This document shows, one piece after another, positions 40,047-52,007 of a stretch of DNA of 64,000 nucleotides (its first letter is position 1; every line of letters starts with the position of its first letter). The translations under genes and the position numbers were made by a program. The stretch is from an uncultured Aliarcobacter sp. (GTDB lineage Bacteria; Campylobacterota; Campylobacteria; Campylobacterales; Arcobacteraceae): positions 1,472,001 through 1,536,000 of the forward strand of contig CAXXLV010000002.1 of assembly GCA_963664305.2 (NCBI GenBank), given 5' to 3'. The notes below the pieces were generated by a model. That model was not told the origin of the DNA, made no database searches, and was given only the letters and a program-made list of their open reading frames with translations.

Positions 40047-42512
40047 TTATCCTTTAATAACGAAGTTTACCAATTTACCAGGCACAACTATCTCTTTTAG
40101 AAGTTCATTTTCACCTAACCATTTAGCTGCTGCAACTTTTGCTTGAGCTAAAACTTCTTCTTTTGAAGCATTTGGAGTTACTTCTATTTCACATCTTTTT
40201 TTACCATTTACAGTAACTGCTAAGGCTATAGAATCTAATTTAAATACTTCTTCTTTTACTTCTAATTTACCATCAAGATTTTCAAGTTTAAATAAGTCAT
40301 TTGATAATTCCCAACAAGTATGAGGAATTATTGGCTCTAAAATATTAGTTAAAATATAATAACCTTCTGCCCAAACTGATTCATTTTTTTGTACTTGTAA
40401 AGCATTTAATGCTTCCATTGAAGAAGCAATTAATGTGTTAAAAGTATAAGTTTTTGTAAATACTTCATTTGATTTTACTAAAGCTTCATATACTTTTTTT
40501 CTTGCTTCTTTTTCTTCTTTATTTAATTCTGAATGATTTATAGATTTAAAATTTGCTAATCCATTTGAAGTTACATTTATTGCTCTTTCAAAGAATTTTT
40601 TTATAAATCTATATGCACCATCAACAGCACTATCATTCCACTCTAACTCTTTTGTTGGTGGTGCTGCAAACATCATAAATAATCTTGCTGTATCAGCTCC
40701 ATATTTATCAATAATTAAATCAGGATCAACTACATTTCCTTTTGATTTAGACATTTTAGCACCATCTTTAAGTACCATACCTTGAGTAAGTAATCTTTTA
40801 AATGGCTCTCTTGAATTTGTATAACCTAAATCATTTAATACTTTTGTGAAAAATCTTGCATATAATAAGTGTAAAATTGCATGTTCAATTCCACCAATAT
40901 ATTGATCAACATCCATCCAATAGTCACTATCAGATTTTGAAATTCCTACTTCATTCCATTGTTTTGGATTTGTTGCATATCTTAAAAAATACCATGAAGA
41001 TTGAACAAAAGTATCTAAGGTATCTGTTTCTCTAATTGCTGGTTTTCCACAATTTGGACAAGAACAATGTTTCCATGTAGGATGAGAATCTAAAGGATTA
41101 CCTTCTCCTGTAATTTCAACATCTTCTGGTAATGCAACAGGTAAATTTTCAATTTTTTCAGGAACTAATCCACAATCATCACAATGGATAAATGGAATAG
41201 GAGCTCCCCAATATCTTTGTCTAGAAACTCCCCAGTCTCTTAGTTTGAAATTAATCTGTTTTGAACCTAAAGAGTTTTGCTCAAAATGATAAATTATTGC
41301 TTTTTTTGCTTTTGTATTTGGAAGTCCTGTAAATCCTTCACTATCAATTAATGTACCTTCAGCAGTGTAAGCCTCAGTTAAATTTTCAATAACGCCTTCA
41401 TTTCCAACTATTACTTGTTTCATTGGTAAATCATATTTTTTTGCAAATTCAAAATCTCTTTGGTCATGAGCAGGAACTGCCATAACAGCTCCACCACCAT
41501 AAGAGCTTAATACAAAATTAGCAACCCACACAGGAATTTTTTCACCTGTTAATGGATGCATAACATCAATCTCTAAAGAAACTCCCTCTTTTTCTTGAGT
41601 TGCTCTATCTCTTTCAGAAATTTTTTGCATCTCTTTAATAGCTTTAATTTTTTTCTCTGGTAAAAGATTATTTTCAACTATATATTTTACAATTGGATGT
41701 TCAGGTGCAAGTGCTGAATATGAAACTCCATAAATAGTATCAGGACGTGTAGTAAATACAAAATACTTACTAAATGATCTTTCTAATTTTGCTTTTGATT
41801 CAATAGATAATTCAAATTTAAACTCTAAACCTTCACTTCTTCCAATCCAGTTTTCTTGCATTGTTAAAACTTGAGAAGGCCAATTATCTTTTAATAATTG
41901 TAAATCATCAAGTAATTCTTGAGCATATTTTGTAATACCTACATAATATCCTGGCATCTCTTTTTGTTGAACTTCGTTGTCACATCTCCAACAACAACCC
42001 TCTTCAACTTGCTCATTTGCTAAAACTGTATGACACTCTTCACACCAATTTACAATAGTTGATTTTCTATAAAGTAAATTTTTTTCATACATTTTGATGA
42101 TGAACTCTTGTTCCCATTTTGTATAAAGTTCATCACTAGTTGCAAATTCTCTTGTTTCTGAAAAAGACAGACCTAAAGATCTTAATTCTTGTCTCATATA
42201 ATCAATATTTTCATAAGTCCATTTTTTAGGATGAAGTTTATGTTTTATTGCTGCATTTTCTGCTGGCATTCCAAAACTATCCCATCCAATAGGATGTAAA
42301 ACATTAAATTTTTCTTTTCTAAAATGTCTAGCAAAAGCATCACCTAAACAGTAATTTCTTACGTGTCCCATGTGAATTCTTCCACTTGGGTATGGAAACA
42401 TACTTAATATATATTTTTTTTCTTTTGTTAAATCATCACTCGGCTCAAAAGATTGTTTTTCACTCCAAAAATTTTGCCATTTTTTTTCAATATCTTTTGA
42501 ATTATATTCCAT
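40047..42512 (-). CDS. leuS: Leucine--tRNA ligase
   Basis: [30 protein letters not shown]. Confidence 0.99.
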   Translation of the reverse strand: MEYNSKDIEKKWQNFWSEKQSFEPSDDLTKEKKYILSMFPYPSGRIHMGHVRNYCLGDAFARHFRKEKFNVLHPIGWDSFGMPAENAAIKHKLHPKKWTYENIDYMRQELRSLGLSFSETREFATSDELYTKWEQEFIIKMYEKNLLYRKSTIVNWCEECHTVLANEQVEEGCCWRCDNEVQQKEMPGYYVGITKYAQELLDDLQLLKDNWPSQVLTMQENWIGRSEGLEFKFELSIESKAKLERSFSKYFVFTTRPDTIYGVSYSALAPEHPIVKYIVENNLLPEKKIKAIKEMQKISERDRATQEKEGVSLEIDVMHPLTGEKIPVWVANFVLSSYGGGAVMAVPAHDQRDFEFAKKYDLPMKQVIVGNEGVIENLTEAYTAEGTLIDSEGFTGLPNTKAKKAIIYHFEQNSLGSKQINFKLRDWGVSRQRYWGAPIPFIHCDDCGLVPEKIENLPVALPEDVEITGEGNPLDSHPTWKHCSCPNCGKPAIRETDTLDTFVQSSWYFLRYATNPKQWNEVGISKSDSDYWMDVDQYIGGIEHAILHLLYARFFTKVLNDLGYTNSREPFKRLLTQGMVLKDGAKMSKSKGNVVDPDLIIDKYGADTARLFMMFAAPPTKELEWNDSAVDGAYRFIKKFFERAINVTSNGLANFKSINHSELNKEEKEARKKVYEALVKSNEVFTKTYTFNTLIASSMEALNALQVQKNESVWAEGYYILTNILEPIIPHTCWELSNDLFKLENLDGKLEVKEEVFKLDSIALAVTVNGKKRCEIEVTPNASKEEVLAQAKVAAAKWLGENELLKEIVVPGKLVNFVIKG

Positions 42513-42856
42513 TAAAACTCTTCCTTGTCTTGACTTTTTGCACTTTCTATTAAAGCTAAAGCTACAGAGAAAATATTAGCTACTATTGCTCCTATTGCTA
42601 AAGAGATAGTTAAAGCTACATTATCTGTAAATGTTAATACCATAAAGGCTGGGATTAGGTGTAAATCTGCAACTAATGAACTAGCTAACAATTCAGCAGC
42701 GAGCAAATTTTTTACACCGAGTTTGAGTATTGTTGAAATAACGTTTACACCGGCTGCTATAAATAGTGCGATTGCGTTTGGTTCATAAATAAAACCTGCT
42801 GTTGTTGTTAATGACATTAATGAGAAGAAAATATAAATTACTTTACCCCAATCCAT
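42512..42856 (-). CDS. Conserved small membrane protein (DUF6394-like)
   Basis: [32 protein letters not shown] coupling to leuS. Confidence 0.8.
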   Translation of the reverse strand: MDWGKVIYIFFSLMSLTTTAGFIYEPNAIALFIAAGVNVISTILKLGVKNLLAAELLASSLVADLHLIPAFMVLTFTDNVALTISLAIGAIVANIFSVALALIESAKSQDKEEF

Positions 42857-42929
42857 TTTTATCCTTTTTATTATTTTTGCTTTTTAATAAGGCAAATATA
42901 TTAACTAAAAAATGATAAAAAACTGCTTT

Positions 42930-43400
42930 TCAATCAACAAACTTATTTCTATTTTTAATTGCTATTATCATCTTATAAATTAAATAAAAAATTATAATTT
43001 TAAGTGATATTTGAATAATTAGGTATAAACCAAAACCATCTTGAATAATTTCAAAGATATTAAGATTGTGTAACAGTAGATTAAAAGACAAATCGTGAGT
43101 TATAAGAAGATATAAACAAATTGATATATAAAGAGATAAAAATAAGAATTGTTCTTTTTTCATAAATACAAAACTATAAACACTATACCAAACAAAAAAA
43201 ACTAACATAAGAGCAACTAATAACTCTTTAAAAATTCCATCTGGAATATATTCTATGTATTTTTTTGATATATCTAAAAATTCATACTCAATAATTGAAG
43301 ATAGAAACTCTAAAACCAAAATCCAATTTAAAGCTAACAACCAATTTCTTCCATTTTCAGATGTTACTAAATCAAATTTTACTTTTATATTTTCTATCAT
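42930..43400 (-). CDS. Hypothetical integral membrane protein
   Basis: About four hydrophobic segments; GAGG SD. Confidence 0.7.
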   Translation of the reverse strand: MIENIKVKFDLVTSENGRNWLLALNWILVLEFLSSIIEYEFLDISKKYIEYIPDGIFKELLVALMLVFFVWYSVYSFVFMKKEQFLFLSLYISICLYLLITHDLSFNLLLHNLNIFEIIQDGFGLYLIIQISLKIIIFYLIYKMIIAIKNRNKFVD

Positions 43401-43421
43401 TAAAATTACCTCATAAAAATG

Positions 43422-45791
43422 TTAAAAACTTTCCCAATCATCTTCGTCATGTTTTTTTATAGAATTATATTCATTTTTATCTTTTAAAACTTTTTTTTCT
43501 ATTTTTTTCTCTTCTGTTTTAACATTTTTTGCTTTAACATTATCTTTACCTTCAAACTCTTTTTTATTAGCACTACTAACTACAAGTTTCGAAATTTCAT
43601 CAGTAATTATTGCAATATTTTTTGCTTCAGCTGCAATCATTGCATTTTGTTGAGTTTGTTGGTCAAGTTGATTAATTGCATCATTAATTTGTTCTATTCC
43701 TAATAATTGTTCTTTTGATGCATTTTCTACATCAAAAATCAATTTTGTTGTATTAGAAATATTTTCATTTAATTGTTTATATCCATCAATCATATTTGAA
43801 GCAATCTCTTTTCCTTGATTTGCCTTATTTGTTGCATTTTCTACTATGGCTTTTATTTCACGTGCAGCTTCAGCACTTCTTGCAGCTAAATTTCTTACTT
43901 CTTGAGCAACAACTGCAAATCCTTTTCCTGCTTCTCCAGCAGTTGCAGCTTCAACAGCAGCGTTTAAAGAAAGAATATTTGTTTGGAATGCAATTTGGTC
44001 AATAACTGTAATTGCTTCATTTATTGCACTAACTTGTGTATTTATATCTTCCATTGCATTTGTTGTTTGAGTTGCTAGTTTTTCACCATCTACAGCCGAT
44101 TTTGTAACTTCATTTGAGAATGTTGCCATTTTTGCAATATTTTCTGTAGTATTTCTAATATTACTTGTAATCTCTTCTAAAGCTGCGGCAGTTTGTTCTA
44201 AACTTGAAGCTGCTTCATTTGAACTATTATTTAAATTTTCTACATTTTTTAATAAATCATTTGAACTATCATCTAAAGTTAATCCCATAGATTTGTTTTC
44301 AACTAACATTTCCGTTATTGAACCACCTAAAGTATTAACACCGTTTGCAAGTTTTAATAAATGTGCCTTTAAATCACTTGTTGGAATTTTATTTAGATAA
44401 TTATAATTACTATACTGTTCTAAAATATTTAAAATTACTTCAATATTTGTTTCAAGATTATCTGCCATTTTATTTAAAACATTTTTTAATTCCATTAAAG
44501 CTGGATTATCAACTGAAATATTTAATCTTTGGCATAAATCACCTTGTTCAAATTCATTTAAAACTATTATAGTTTCATCAATTAATTTTCTATCATCTTT
44601 TACAGTCTTTTCTATTTTTTCGATATTTTCATTGATTTGTTTAGCCATAACACCAAATTCATCTTCTGAATTGATATCAATTCTATTTACATGATTTGTT
44701 TCTCTATTTAAATATTGAAAGAATGAGAATAAACCATTTTTAATATTTGTTAAAGATTTTAGTAAAACTTTCATTGAAATAAATATTGACAATGAAATAA
44801 CTAACATAGTTAAAGTAGATAAAATTATTATCAAATACATAATTTTATTTGCTTCTTCAAATATTTCATTTGAACTAACTCCACCAACTATCAACCAATT
44901 CCATTCATCAAAAGTTTGAAAGAAAACAAATTTATCTAAACCTTCCCATAAATAGTTTAATTGTCCTTCTTTTTTAGCTAGCATCTCTTTTACAAAAGAG
45001 ACTCCATTTGCATCAACTAACTCTAAAGCAGATTTGTCTTTTAGTTTTGGATGTAGTAAAAAATATCCATATTTTTTTGATTTTTCATTTGAATCAATAA
45101 TATAGTAATAACCAGTTTTTCCAATTTTTTTACTACTAATTGTTTCAGTTAAATGTGCTAAATCTTCACTAATATCTGAACCAATAAAAGCAATAGCAAT
45201 TACTTCACCATTTTGTTTTATTGGAATATATTTTGTCATATAACTTTTACCAAATAAAACTGCTTTTCCTAAATATGTTTGACCTTCTAAAACTTTTTTA
45301 TAACCAGGATGTGTTGTATCTAGTTTTGTTCCAATAGCTCTATTTCCATCTTCTTTTTTTAAACTTGTACTAACTCTTATGAAATCTTCACCTTTTCGTA
45401 CAAATATTGTTGCAACTGAGCCTTTTGTCATTTTTGTAAATTCATCAACAAGTTTAAAGTTTAGATTTAAAACTTCATTATTTATTAAAAGAAGAGGAGT
45501 ATCAAACTCACCTACTTTTATACTTTGACTTTTATCAATCTTTATACCATCAACCATATTTAAAAAAATATCTCCATTTACATTAGCACCAGTTTTTGCC
45601 ACTTTGTTAAATGTATTTATATTTTCTACTAATAAAGCCAACTCTTTACTAATTGCCATTTCATTACTATTTTTCATTGCATTTGAAGTATTTGTAACAA
45701 CTAAATATGTCAATATACTCATTGAAATAATAATTGATATAACAGAGACAAAAATTACTTTTGCAATAACTGATTTTTTTAGAAAATCCAT
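43422..45791 (-). CDS. Methyl-accepting chemotaxis protein with Cache3/Cache2 sensor
   Basis: Two TMs; [37 protein letters not shown]-terminal pentapeptide DWESF. Confidence 0.95.
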   Translation of the reverse strand: MDFLKKSVIAKVIFVSVISIIISMSILTYLVVTNTSNAMKNSNEMAISKELALLVENINTFNKVAKTGANVNGDIFLNMVDGIKIDKSQSIKVGEFDTPLLLINNEVLNLNFKLVDEFTKMTKGSVATIFVRKGEDFIRVSTSLKKEDGNRAIGTKLDTTHPGYKKVLEGQTYLGKAVLFGKSYMTKYIPIKQNGEVIAIAFIGSDISEDLAHLTETISSKKIGKTGYYYIIDSNEKSKKYGYFLLHPKLKDKSALELVDANGVSFVKEMLAKKEGQLNYLWEGLDKFVFFQTFDEWNWLIVGGVSSNEIFEEANKIMYLIIILSTLTMLVISLSIFISMKVLLKSLTNIKNGLFSFFQYLNRETNHVNRIDINSEDEFGVMAKQINENIEKIEKTVKDDRKLIDETIIVLNEFEQGDLCQRLNISVDNPALMELKNVLNKMADNLETNIEVILNILEQYSNYNYLNKIPTSDLKAHLLKLANGVNTLGGSITEMLVENKSMGLTLDDSSNDLLKNVENLNNSSNEAASSLEQTAAALEEITSNIRNTTENIAKMATFSNEVTKSAVDGEKLATQTTNAMEDINTQVSAINEAITVIDQIAFQTNILSLNAAVEAATAGEAGKGFAVVAQEVRNLAARSAEAAREIKAIVENATNKANQGKEIASNMIDGYKQLNENISNTTKLIFDVENASKEQLLGIEQINDAINQLDQQTQQNAMIAAEAKNIAIITDEISKLVVSSANKKEFEGKDNVKAKNVKTEEKKIEKKVLKDKNEYNSIKKHDEDDWESF

Positions 45792-45996
45792 AAAACCATC
45801 CTACTATTTATTTTATTTTTGTATTAATTAAATTTGAGAAAAAATATTTTTAATTTAAGATAGGCAAATTATATAATAATTATTATTCATTGTTATTAAA
45901 TTTTTGTATAAAAGTAAAAAATTATTTACTTAATTTTTAGTGATTTTATTTTAAAGGAGATTGTTTTTATAATATTTTATTAATTATTTATAAAAT

Positions 45997-46027
45997 AAAA
46001 AAGGGAAAAGTAAAAAAACTTTTCCCT
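45997..46027 (-). terminator. secDF terminator
   Basis: AGGGAAAAGT-N6-ACTTTTCCCT with minus-strand U-run. Confidence 0.8.
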
Positions 46028-46060
46028 AATTAAAAACATATTTTAAAACTTAACTTTTTA

Positions 46061-47029
46061 TCAAACTGTACCTTGTTCGTACATTGCTCTAAGTTTATCT
46101 TTTTCTTTTCTTCTTTTAACTTTTTCTGATTCTTTAATTCTAAAATCATCAATAGAGAATTTTAATTGAACTAAGAATGAAGCAGCTACGAATATAGAAG
46201 AATATGTACCTACAATAATTCCTACAAGTAAAGTAAATGAGAATCCATTTATAATTTCTCCACCAAAGAAATACAATGTTGCAACCACAAATAAAGTAGT
46301 TAATGAAGTTAAAGTTGTTCTAGATAGAGTTTTACTTACAGATTCATTGATAACTTCTTTTAAATCATTTGCTTTTGAAGTTTGAATTCCTTCTCTAATT
46401 CTATCAAATACAATAATTGTATCATTTAATGAATATCCTAAAAGAGTAAGAATTGCAGCTAAAATATCTAGATTTACTTCAATATTAAATAATGAAATAG
46501 CTCCCATTGCAATAGAAATATCATGAATTAATGCTAACACAGATGCAACTGCAAATCTCCATTCAAATCTAAATGATAAATAAATTAACATTACAATGAT
46601 TGATAAAGTTAATGCCATTAACCCTTTTTCTCTTAATTCTCCACCAACTTTAGCACCAACCATGTCAATTCTTCTAATTTCAAATTTTCCTGTTGGAACT
46701 AAAATTTTAGCCATTTCATCACCAATATCATTCGTTAAATCTGAACTACTTCCAGTGATTCTAATAACTACTTCTTCATCACTACCAAACTTTGTAATTA
46801 TTGAATTACCATATTTTGTAGATTTTAATGTATCTCTAATTTTATCAATTGGTGCTGCTTCTTCATATTTTACTTGAACAATAGTTCCACCAACAAAATC
46901 AATTCCAAAATTTAAACCTTTTGTAAAAAGTAAAACTATTGAAGCAATAACTAAAAATGAAGAAAGTCCTAAAAAAGGAACTCTTTTTCCCATAAAGTCA
47001 TAAATTTTATTTATTTTAAAAATTTCCAT
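46061..47029 (-). CDS. secF: Protein translocase subunit SecF
   Basis: GLNFGIDFVGG, GYSLNDTIIVFDRIRE. Confidence 0.98.
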   Translation of the reverse strand: MEIFKINKIYDFMGKRVPFLGLSSFLVIASIVLLFTKGLNFGIDFVGGTIVQVKYEEAAPIDKIRDTLKSTKYGNSIITKFGSDEEVVIRITGSSSDLTNDIGDEMAKILVPTGKFEIRRIDMVGAKVGGELREKGLMALTLSIIVMLIYLSFRFEWRFAVASVLALIHDISIAMGAISLFNIEVNLDILAAILTLLGYSLNDTIIVFDRIREGIQTSKANDLKEVINESVSKTLSRTTLTSLTTLFVVATLYFFGGEIINGFSFTLLVGIIVGTYSSIFVAASFLVQLKFSIDDFRIKESEKVKRRKEKDKLRAMYEQGTV

Positions 47030-48594
47030 TATTTAACTCCAAACCATTTTCTTGTATCTTTTTCTCTCGATAATTTTGGCATTAATGCTTGATAAATTCC
47101 GTGAGTTCCTAAAATTGCAGTTAACATTGAAGCTATTATTCCAATAGAAATTGTAAGAGCAAATCCTTTTATAGGTCCAGTACCATAAGCATATAAGAAA
47201 ACTGCTGATAAAACTGTTGTAATATTAGAGTCTAAAATCGCTCTCATTGCATTTGAATATCCATCTTCAATAGCTTTTGGTATTGAAGCACCCTCTTTTA
47301 TAAGTTCTCTAATTCTTTCAGTAATAATAACGTTTGCATCAACAGCCATACCAATTGTAAGAACAATACCTGCCATTCCAGGAAGTGTTAAAGTTGCTCC
47401 AAACATAGCCATAATAGCAATAATAATAAAAATATTTGTAACTAAAGCAATATTTGCAATAATTCCAGCTCTTCTATAGTAAATAACCATAAATACGAAT
47501 ACTAAAGCAAATCCAGAGATTAACGCAATCATTGAAGCTTGAATAGAATCAGCACCTAAAGATGGACCTACACTTCTTTTTTCTAACATAGTAACAGTTG
47601 CAGGTAATGCACCACTTCTTAAAGCAATAGCAACATTTCCAGCTTCAACAATTGTAAATCCACCAGAAATTTGTCCACTTCCTCCACCAATTCTCTCTCT
47701 AATATTTGGTGCAGAATAAACTTTTCCATCTAAAACAACAGCTAGTCTTTTTCCTACATTTTTCCCTGTAAATTCACCAAAAATTCTAGCTCCAGTTGAA
47801 TTAAGAGTAAAATTAATAATTGGTTGATTTGATTGGTCAAATGCTACTTGTGCATCAATTACTTGACTTCCATTTAAAATAGGAATCTCTTTTACTAAAT
47901 ATTTAATATTTGGATTATTTGTATCCTCTAAAATCACATCTCCATATGATGATGCTTGAGATGATGTCATTGTATTAGCTTGATCAGCTCTTTCTTCATC
48001 AACTGCCATTAATTCTAAATTTGCAGGTTTTGAAATAAGTTCCCTTGCAGCTTTTTCATCTTCAGCAGTTTTAATTCCTGGAAGTTCAACAACAATATCT
48101 GTTTGACCTTGTCTTAATACAGAAGGTTCAGATAGACCAAATTGGTCAAGTCTGTTTCTGATAGTTTCAACAGCTTGAGCAACAGCTAAATCTTTTGTTT
48201 TTTCAATATCTTCAGCAGTAAGTTTTAATCTGTATTTTAAATCTTCTTTAGATATTTCTAAACCTTTTATTTGTTTTAACATCTCATCCATTTTAGGTAT
48301 TTCATCTGCATCTAAAACAGAGAAAACAACACCATCATTTTCAATAGATAAACCATCAATTAAAAGTTCTTCATCATCTGAAAAATACTTAACTGAAGTT
48401 GCAATTGATTTGATTTTTGAAGTTACTGCTTCATTTGTATTTACACCTAAAAGCATATGTAATCCACCTTGTAAATCAAGGCCTAAAGAGATTTTTTTAC
48501 CTGTATCTGTTTGTAATAATGATGGAACTGAAAAAACAATACCAAAAATTATACTAAGAGTAAATATTATAAGTCTATAATTGAAGATTTTCAA
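47029..48594 (-). CDS. secD: Protein translocase subunit SecD
   Basis: LGLDLQGG, VGPSLG, GMAVDANVII. Confidence 0.98.
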   Translation of the reverse strand: MKIFNYRLIIFTLSIIFGIVFSVPSLLQTDTGKKISLGLDLQGGLHMLLGVNTNEAVTSKIKSIATSVKYFSDDEELLIDGLSIENDGVVFSVLDADEIPKMDEMLKQIKGLEISKEDLKYRLKLTAEDIEKTKDLAVAQAVETIRNRLDQFGLSEPSVLRQGQTDIVVELPGIKTAEDEKAARELISKPANLELMAVDEERADQANTMTSSQASSYGDVILEDTNNPNIKYLVKEIPILNGSQVIDAQVAFDQSNQPIINFTLNSTGARIFGEFTGKNVGKRLAVVLDGKVYSAPNIRERIGGGSGQISGGFTIVEAGNVAIALRSGALPATVTMLEKRSVGPSLGADSIQASMIALISGFALVFVFMVIYYRRAGIIANIALVTNIFIIIAIMAMFGATLTLPGMAGIVLTIGMAVDANVIITERIRELIKEGASIPKAIEDGYSNAMRAILDSNITTVLSAVFLYAYGTGPIKGFALTISIGIIASMLTAILGTHGIYQALMPKLSREKDTRKWFGVK

Positions 48595-48674
48595 TTTTTT
48601 TCCTTAGTTAGGGTTTTAGAAAATTTGAAAGCATAAGATATGTAAAAATACATATCTTAAAGATTTGAAAATTT

Positions 48675-48950
48675 TTAGTCTTCTAAAAGTTTTGCTACAA
48701 ACTCTTTGATAAGCTTCATTTCAGTTCCATCGCTGTTTTTAACTAGAAAATATGTATCTTCTACTTTTGCAACTTCTACGATTAAGCCACCATTTGTTAC
48801 AATTTTGTCACCTTTTTTTAAATTAGAAACCATCTCTTTATGAGCTTTCGCTTGTTTTTGTTGTGGTCTAATAATTAAAAAGTAAAAAATTGCAAATAAT
48901 GCAACTAGAGGCAACAATGAGCTTATTAAATCTGTACTTGAACCTTCCAT
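48675..48950 (-). CDS. yajC: Preprotein translocase subunit YajC
   Basis: FYFLIIRPQQKQ, LKKGDKIVTNGG. Confidence 0.97.
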   Translation of the reverse strand: MEGSSTDLISSLLPLVALFAIFYFLIIRPQQKQAKAHKEMVSNLKKGDKIVTNGGLIVEVAKVEDTYFLVKNSDGTEMKLIKEFVAKLLED

Positions 48951-48978
48951 CAAATTTCCTTTTAAAAAGTAGTTTATT

Positions 48979-50211
48979 ATGTTTTTACTAAAACGCGATT
49001 ATTCTAACAAAAACTTTATAATAAAAGGCTTCATCACCTCTATTTTATTAAGTTCTTTTATATACTTGAGTTATTTTAATATTGAATTAAAAATTTTAAA
49101 TACATTTTTAGGTCTATTTGGAATATATTTTTTATTAGTTATTCCTAAACGTTCTTTATTAATTACAGGTTTTCTAACAGGAATATTATGGTGTTACTGG
49201 ATGGCTGTTAGCCTTCAATATTATGATTTAACTTATATTGCACCTGCATTATTAGCTGGAATTGGTATTGTTTATGCAATAATTTTTTACTTATTTGCCT
49301 TTTATGATAGGCTTACAATTAGAATTGTTATGATTTTTGCCTTTACTTTTTTTGCTCCTTTTGGTTTTAACTGGATGAAATTTGAACTTTTATTTATTGA
49401 TTCTTATATTGGCGTTTCAAAAATTGATTTTGCTTTAATTCTTATCTCTTTTTATCTAATAATAAAACTGAAAAGACATAAAATAATTGGATTAATTCCT
49501 CTTTTATTTACACTTACTTTTGGAAAAGGCGAATTTATCGATAATCCAAATGCAAAGTTATATATGCCTCAAATGAATATTGAACAAAGTTTAAAATGGG
49601 AAAAAGAGTATAGAACAACACTTCATGAAAAAAATTTTGAAGAAATAGCAAAAGCAATTGAATTAAAAAAAGATTTAATTATTTTGCCAGAAACAGCTTT
49701 TACCTCTGTATTAAATAGAAATCAAGAATTACAAGATAGACTAAAAGACTTTTCAAATGATATTGATATTGTTACTGGTGCTTTATATGTTGAAGATGAC
49801 CAGATTTTTAATGCTTCATATTTCTTTAGTAAAGGGCAAGTTCAAGTTGCCAAAAAAGTTGTATTAGTTCCTTTTGGGGAAGAGATACCTCTTCCAAAAT
49901 TTTTTGTTGATTTAATCAATAAAGTTTTTTATAATGGTGCACAAGATTATTCTAAAGCATCAGCTCCTACTGATTTTGAAATCAAAGGAGAAAAATTTAG
50001 AAATGCAATTTGTTATGAAGGAACAACAGACAAAATTTTTGAAAATCTAGGTGATACAAGATATATGATTATGATTTCAAATAATGCTTGGTTTACGCCA
50101 TCAATTGAGCCAACACTTCAACATTTACTTCTAAAATATTACTCTAAAAAATATGGAGTTACAATTTTCCATGTGGTAAATGGTAGTCAAAATAGAATTT
50201 ATAGACCTTAA
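48979..50211 (+). CDS. lnt: Apolipoprotein N-acyltransferase
   Basis: Multi-TM N-half; nitrilase triad ILPETA, KVVLVPFGE, AICYE; SNNAWF. Confidence 0.95.
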   Translation: MFLLKRDYSNKNFIIKGFITSILLSSFIYLSYFNIELKILNTFLGLFGIYFLLVIPKRSLLITGFLTGILWCYWMAVSLQYYDLTYIAPALLAGIGIVYAIIFYLFAFYDRLTIRIVMIFAFTFFAPFGFNWMKFELLFIDSYIGVSKIDFALILISFYLIIKLKRHKIIGLIPLLFTLTFGKGEFIDNPNAKLYMPQMNIEQSLKWEKEYRTTLHEKNFEEIAKAIELKKDLIILPETAFTSVLNRNQELQDRLKDFSNDIDIVTGALYVEDDQIFNASYFFSKGQVQVAKKVVLVPFGEEIPLPKFFVDLINKVFYNGAQDYSKASAPTDFEIKGEKFRNAICYEGTTDKIFENLGDTRYMIMISNNAWFTPSIEPTLQHLLLKYYSKKYGVTIFHVVNGSQNRIYRP

Positions 50212-52007
50212 AAGTAGTAAGAAATTCCTACTTTTAAGATATCCTCTTTTTCATATAAATCATCGTTTATATATCTAACTTTTAAAGCTAAGTTTCTATC
50301 AAGTTTATATGTTGAAAACAGTTCAAACTGATTATTTTCTAAATCTTTATTATACTTGTCATAACTATAATTTATCCCTAACTTTATATTATCAAATCTA
50401 TTTGTAACAGCACCAACAGTTGAACCAATTGAATATAACTGTTCACTATTTTTATAATATAAATTTGAACCCAACATGAAGTAGATAAAATCTTTATTTT
50501 CTCCAAAAGTAACACCAACTTCTGGTTTTACTTTTAAATAATCACTTCTTTGTTTAAATTGCTCATAACCAACATCTATTCCCCATGATATTGGTTTAAA
50601 AAATAAATCTTGAGGGGCAAGCGATTTTATTTTTAAAAGAGTAAATCTATCTAATCTTGCATTTTCATTTTTCTCTTTTTTAATATTTAAATCAAAAAAA
50701 TCAATATAAGCACCTTGCAGATATCCATCACTTATGTCATAGATATCATTATAAACTGGTTTTGCAGAAAGTTCAAAACTATCATTACTATTATAAAAAA
50801 AAGAGACTCTTGCAGAATCATGTGAATAAAGTGGGTCAAAAGGAGTTTTTATATCATAAGTTGAAGCTTGTTTGTAAGAACTTCTCTCTTTTAAAAGTTT
50901 TAAATATTTTTTTAAATATTCATCTTTATCATATTCATTATTTGCTCTTTGATATTGTAAATAAGAGATTTTAAAATCCAAATAAGAGATTTTATCTTCA
51001 GTGCTTAATGAGTCATCTAAAGCTTCATCTTCATAAACAAAATCTTTTAAATACTCTTTATTTTCTATCTTTTCATTTAAAATAAATTTCATTTTTCTCA
51101 TAGATGAGTATCTAAAATTTGTATTTTTAATCAAATCATATTTTTGTAAAACTTTAATAGAATCAAGAGGAACAGTTTTAAAATCAAATTGACTAACTAA
51201 ATCCAAACTAGGCCTTGCAACTTCTAAAAGCCATAAAACATTATATGAACAATTCTCTTTAAAGAAAAAATAATCAGAATATGAATCTTTTAATTCAAAA
51301 GTATGTAAAACTAATCTATCTATCTCTTCTTGATTTAAATCTAAATCATACTCCCAAATATCTCTTTGCTCAAGATTGTTATACTCTTTGATTTTTTCAT
51401 AATAAGGCAAAATAGAATATCTTCCTTCATATTCACCAAATAAACCTTTATAAGCAAAAATCAAACCATTTGTATCTGTTGTTGCAGCTGCATAATTAAC
51501 AGCATTTGAAATAAGTGGAGTTTTTTCATCAGAACTAATTCTTATAAATGTATGTCCATACATAGAAGCTGGTGAATTTATATGAGCTGTTGGGAAAACC
51601 ATAGTTACATATTTTGCATCAACAGAAGTTATAAATTTGTCTAATTCTTCACAAGAATACTCTGCAATCTTTAAATCAGGAAGATTTTGTTTTAACCATT
51701 TTACTCTTAATGGAAATCTACATAAAACATCATTTGTTCCATTTTCTAATGAATTTATAGTTTCAAATAACTCTTCTTTTAAATCATTTTTTCCATTTTT
51801 AGATATAAAAAAGTTAGCTGAATCTATTTCACTTTGCCCATCTCTATAGTGCAACAATTTTGCCCAATAAGGATTTTCATAAAGTTTTGATTGTTCAATA
51901 GTATTTGTTAGTTCAGAAGAATAAGAGAGAGTAAAACATAGAAAGCTAAGTATTAAATACTTAGACTTTCTATTTAAAAAATTACATATATTTAGCAATT
52001 GAATCAA
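50208..52007 (-). CDS. DUF4105 (Lnb N-terminal-like) domain protein with C-terminal outer-membrane beta-barrel
   Basis: WAKLLHY, CRFPLR, NSPASMYGHTFIRI, YFFFKENCSY; amphipathic strands ending KVGISYYF; start uncertain (TTG 52007 or 51998). Confidence 0.85.
   Translation of the reverse strand: MIQLLNICNFLNRKSKYLILSFLCFTLSYSSELTNTIEQSKLYENPYWAKLLHYRDGQSEIDSANFFISKNGKNDLKEELFETINSLENGTNDVLCRFPLRVKWLKQNLPDLKIAEYSCEELDKFITSVDAKYVTMVFPTAHINSPASMYGHTFIRISSDEKTPLISNAVNYAAATTDTNGLIFAYKGLFGEYEGRYSILPYYEKIKEYNNLEQRDIWEYDLDLNQEEIDRLVLHTFELKDSYSDYFFFKENCSYNVLWLLEVARPSLDLVSQFDFKTVPLDSIKVLQKYDLIKNTNFRYSSMRKMKFILNEKIENKEYLKDFVYEDEALDDSLSTEDKISYLDFKISYLQYQRANNEYDKDEYLKKYLKLLKERSSYKQASTYDIKTPFDPLYSHDSARVSFFYNSNDSFELSAKPVYNDIYDISDGYLQGAYIDFFDLNIKKEKNENARLDRFTLLKIKSLAPQDLFFKPISWGIDVGYEQFKQRSDYLKVKPEVGVTFGENKDFIYFMLGSNLYYKNSEQLYSIGSTVGAVTNRFDNIKLGINYSYDKYNKDLENNQFELFSTYKLDRNLALKVRYINDDLYEKEDILKVGISYYF

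Noticed and set aside
45792..46000. Long AT-rich intergenic region with AAAGGAGA at ~45953
   Set aside because: No suitably spaced start codon or ORF and no convincing structure beyond the secF terminator; likely just the MCP promoter region
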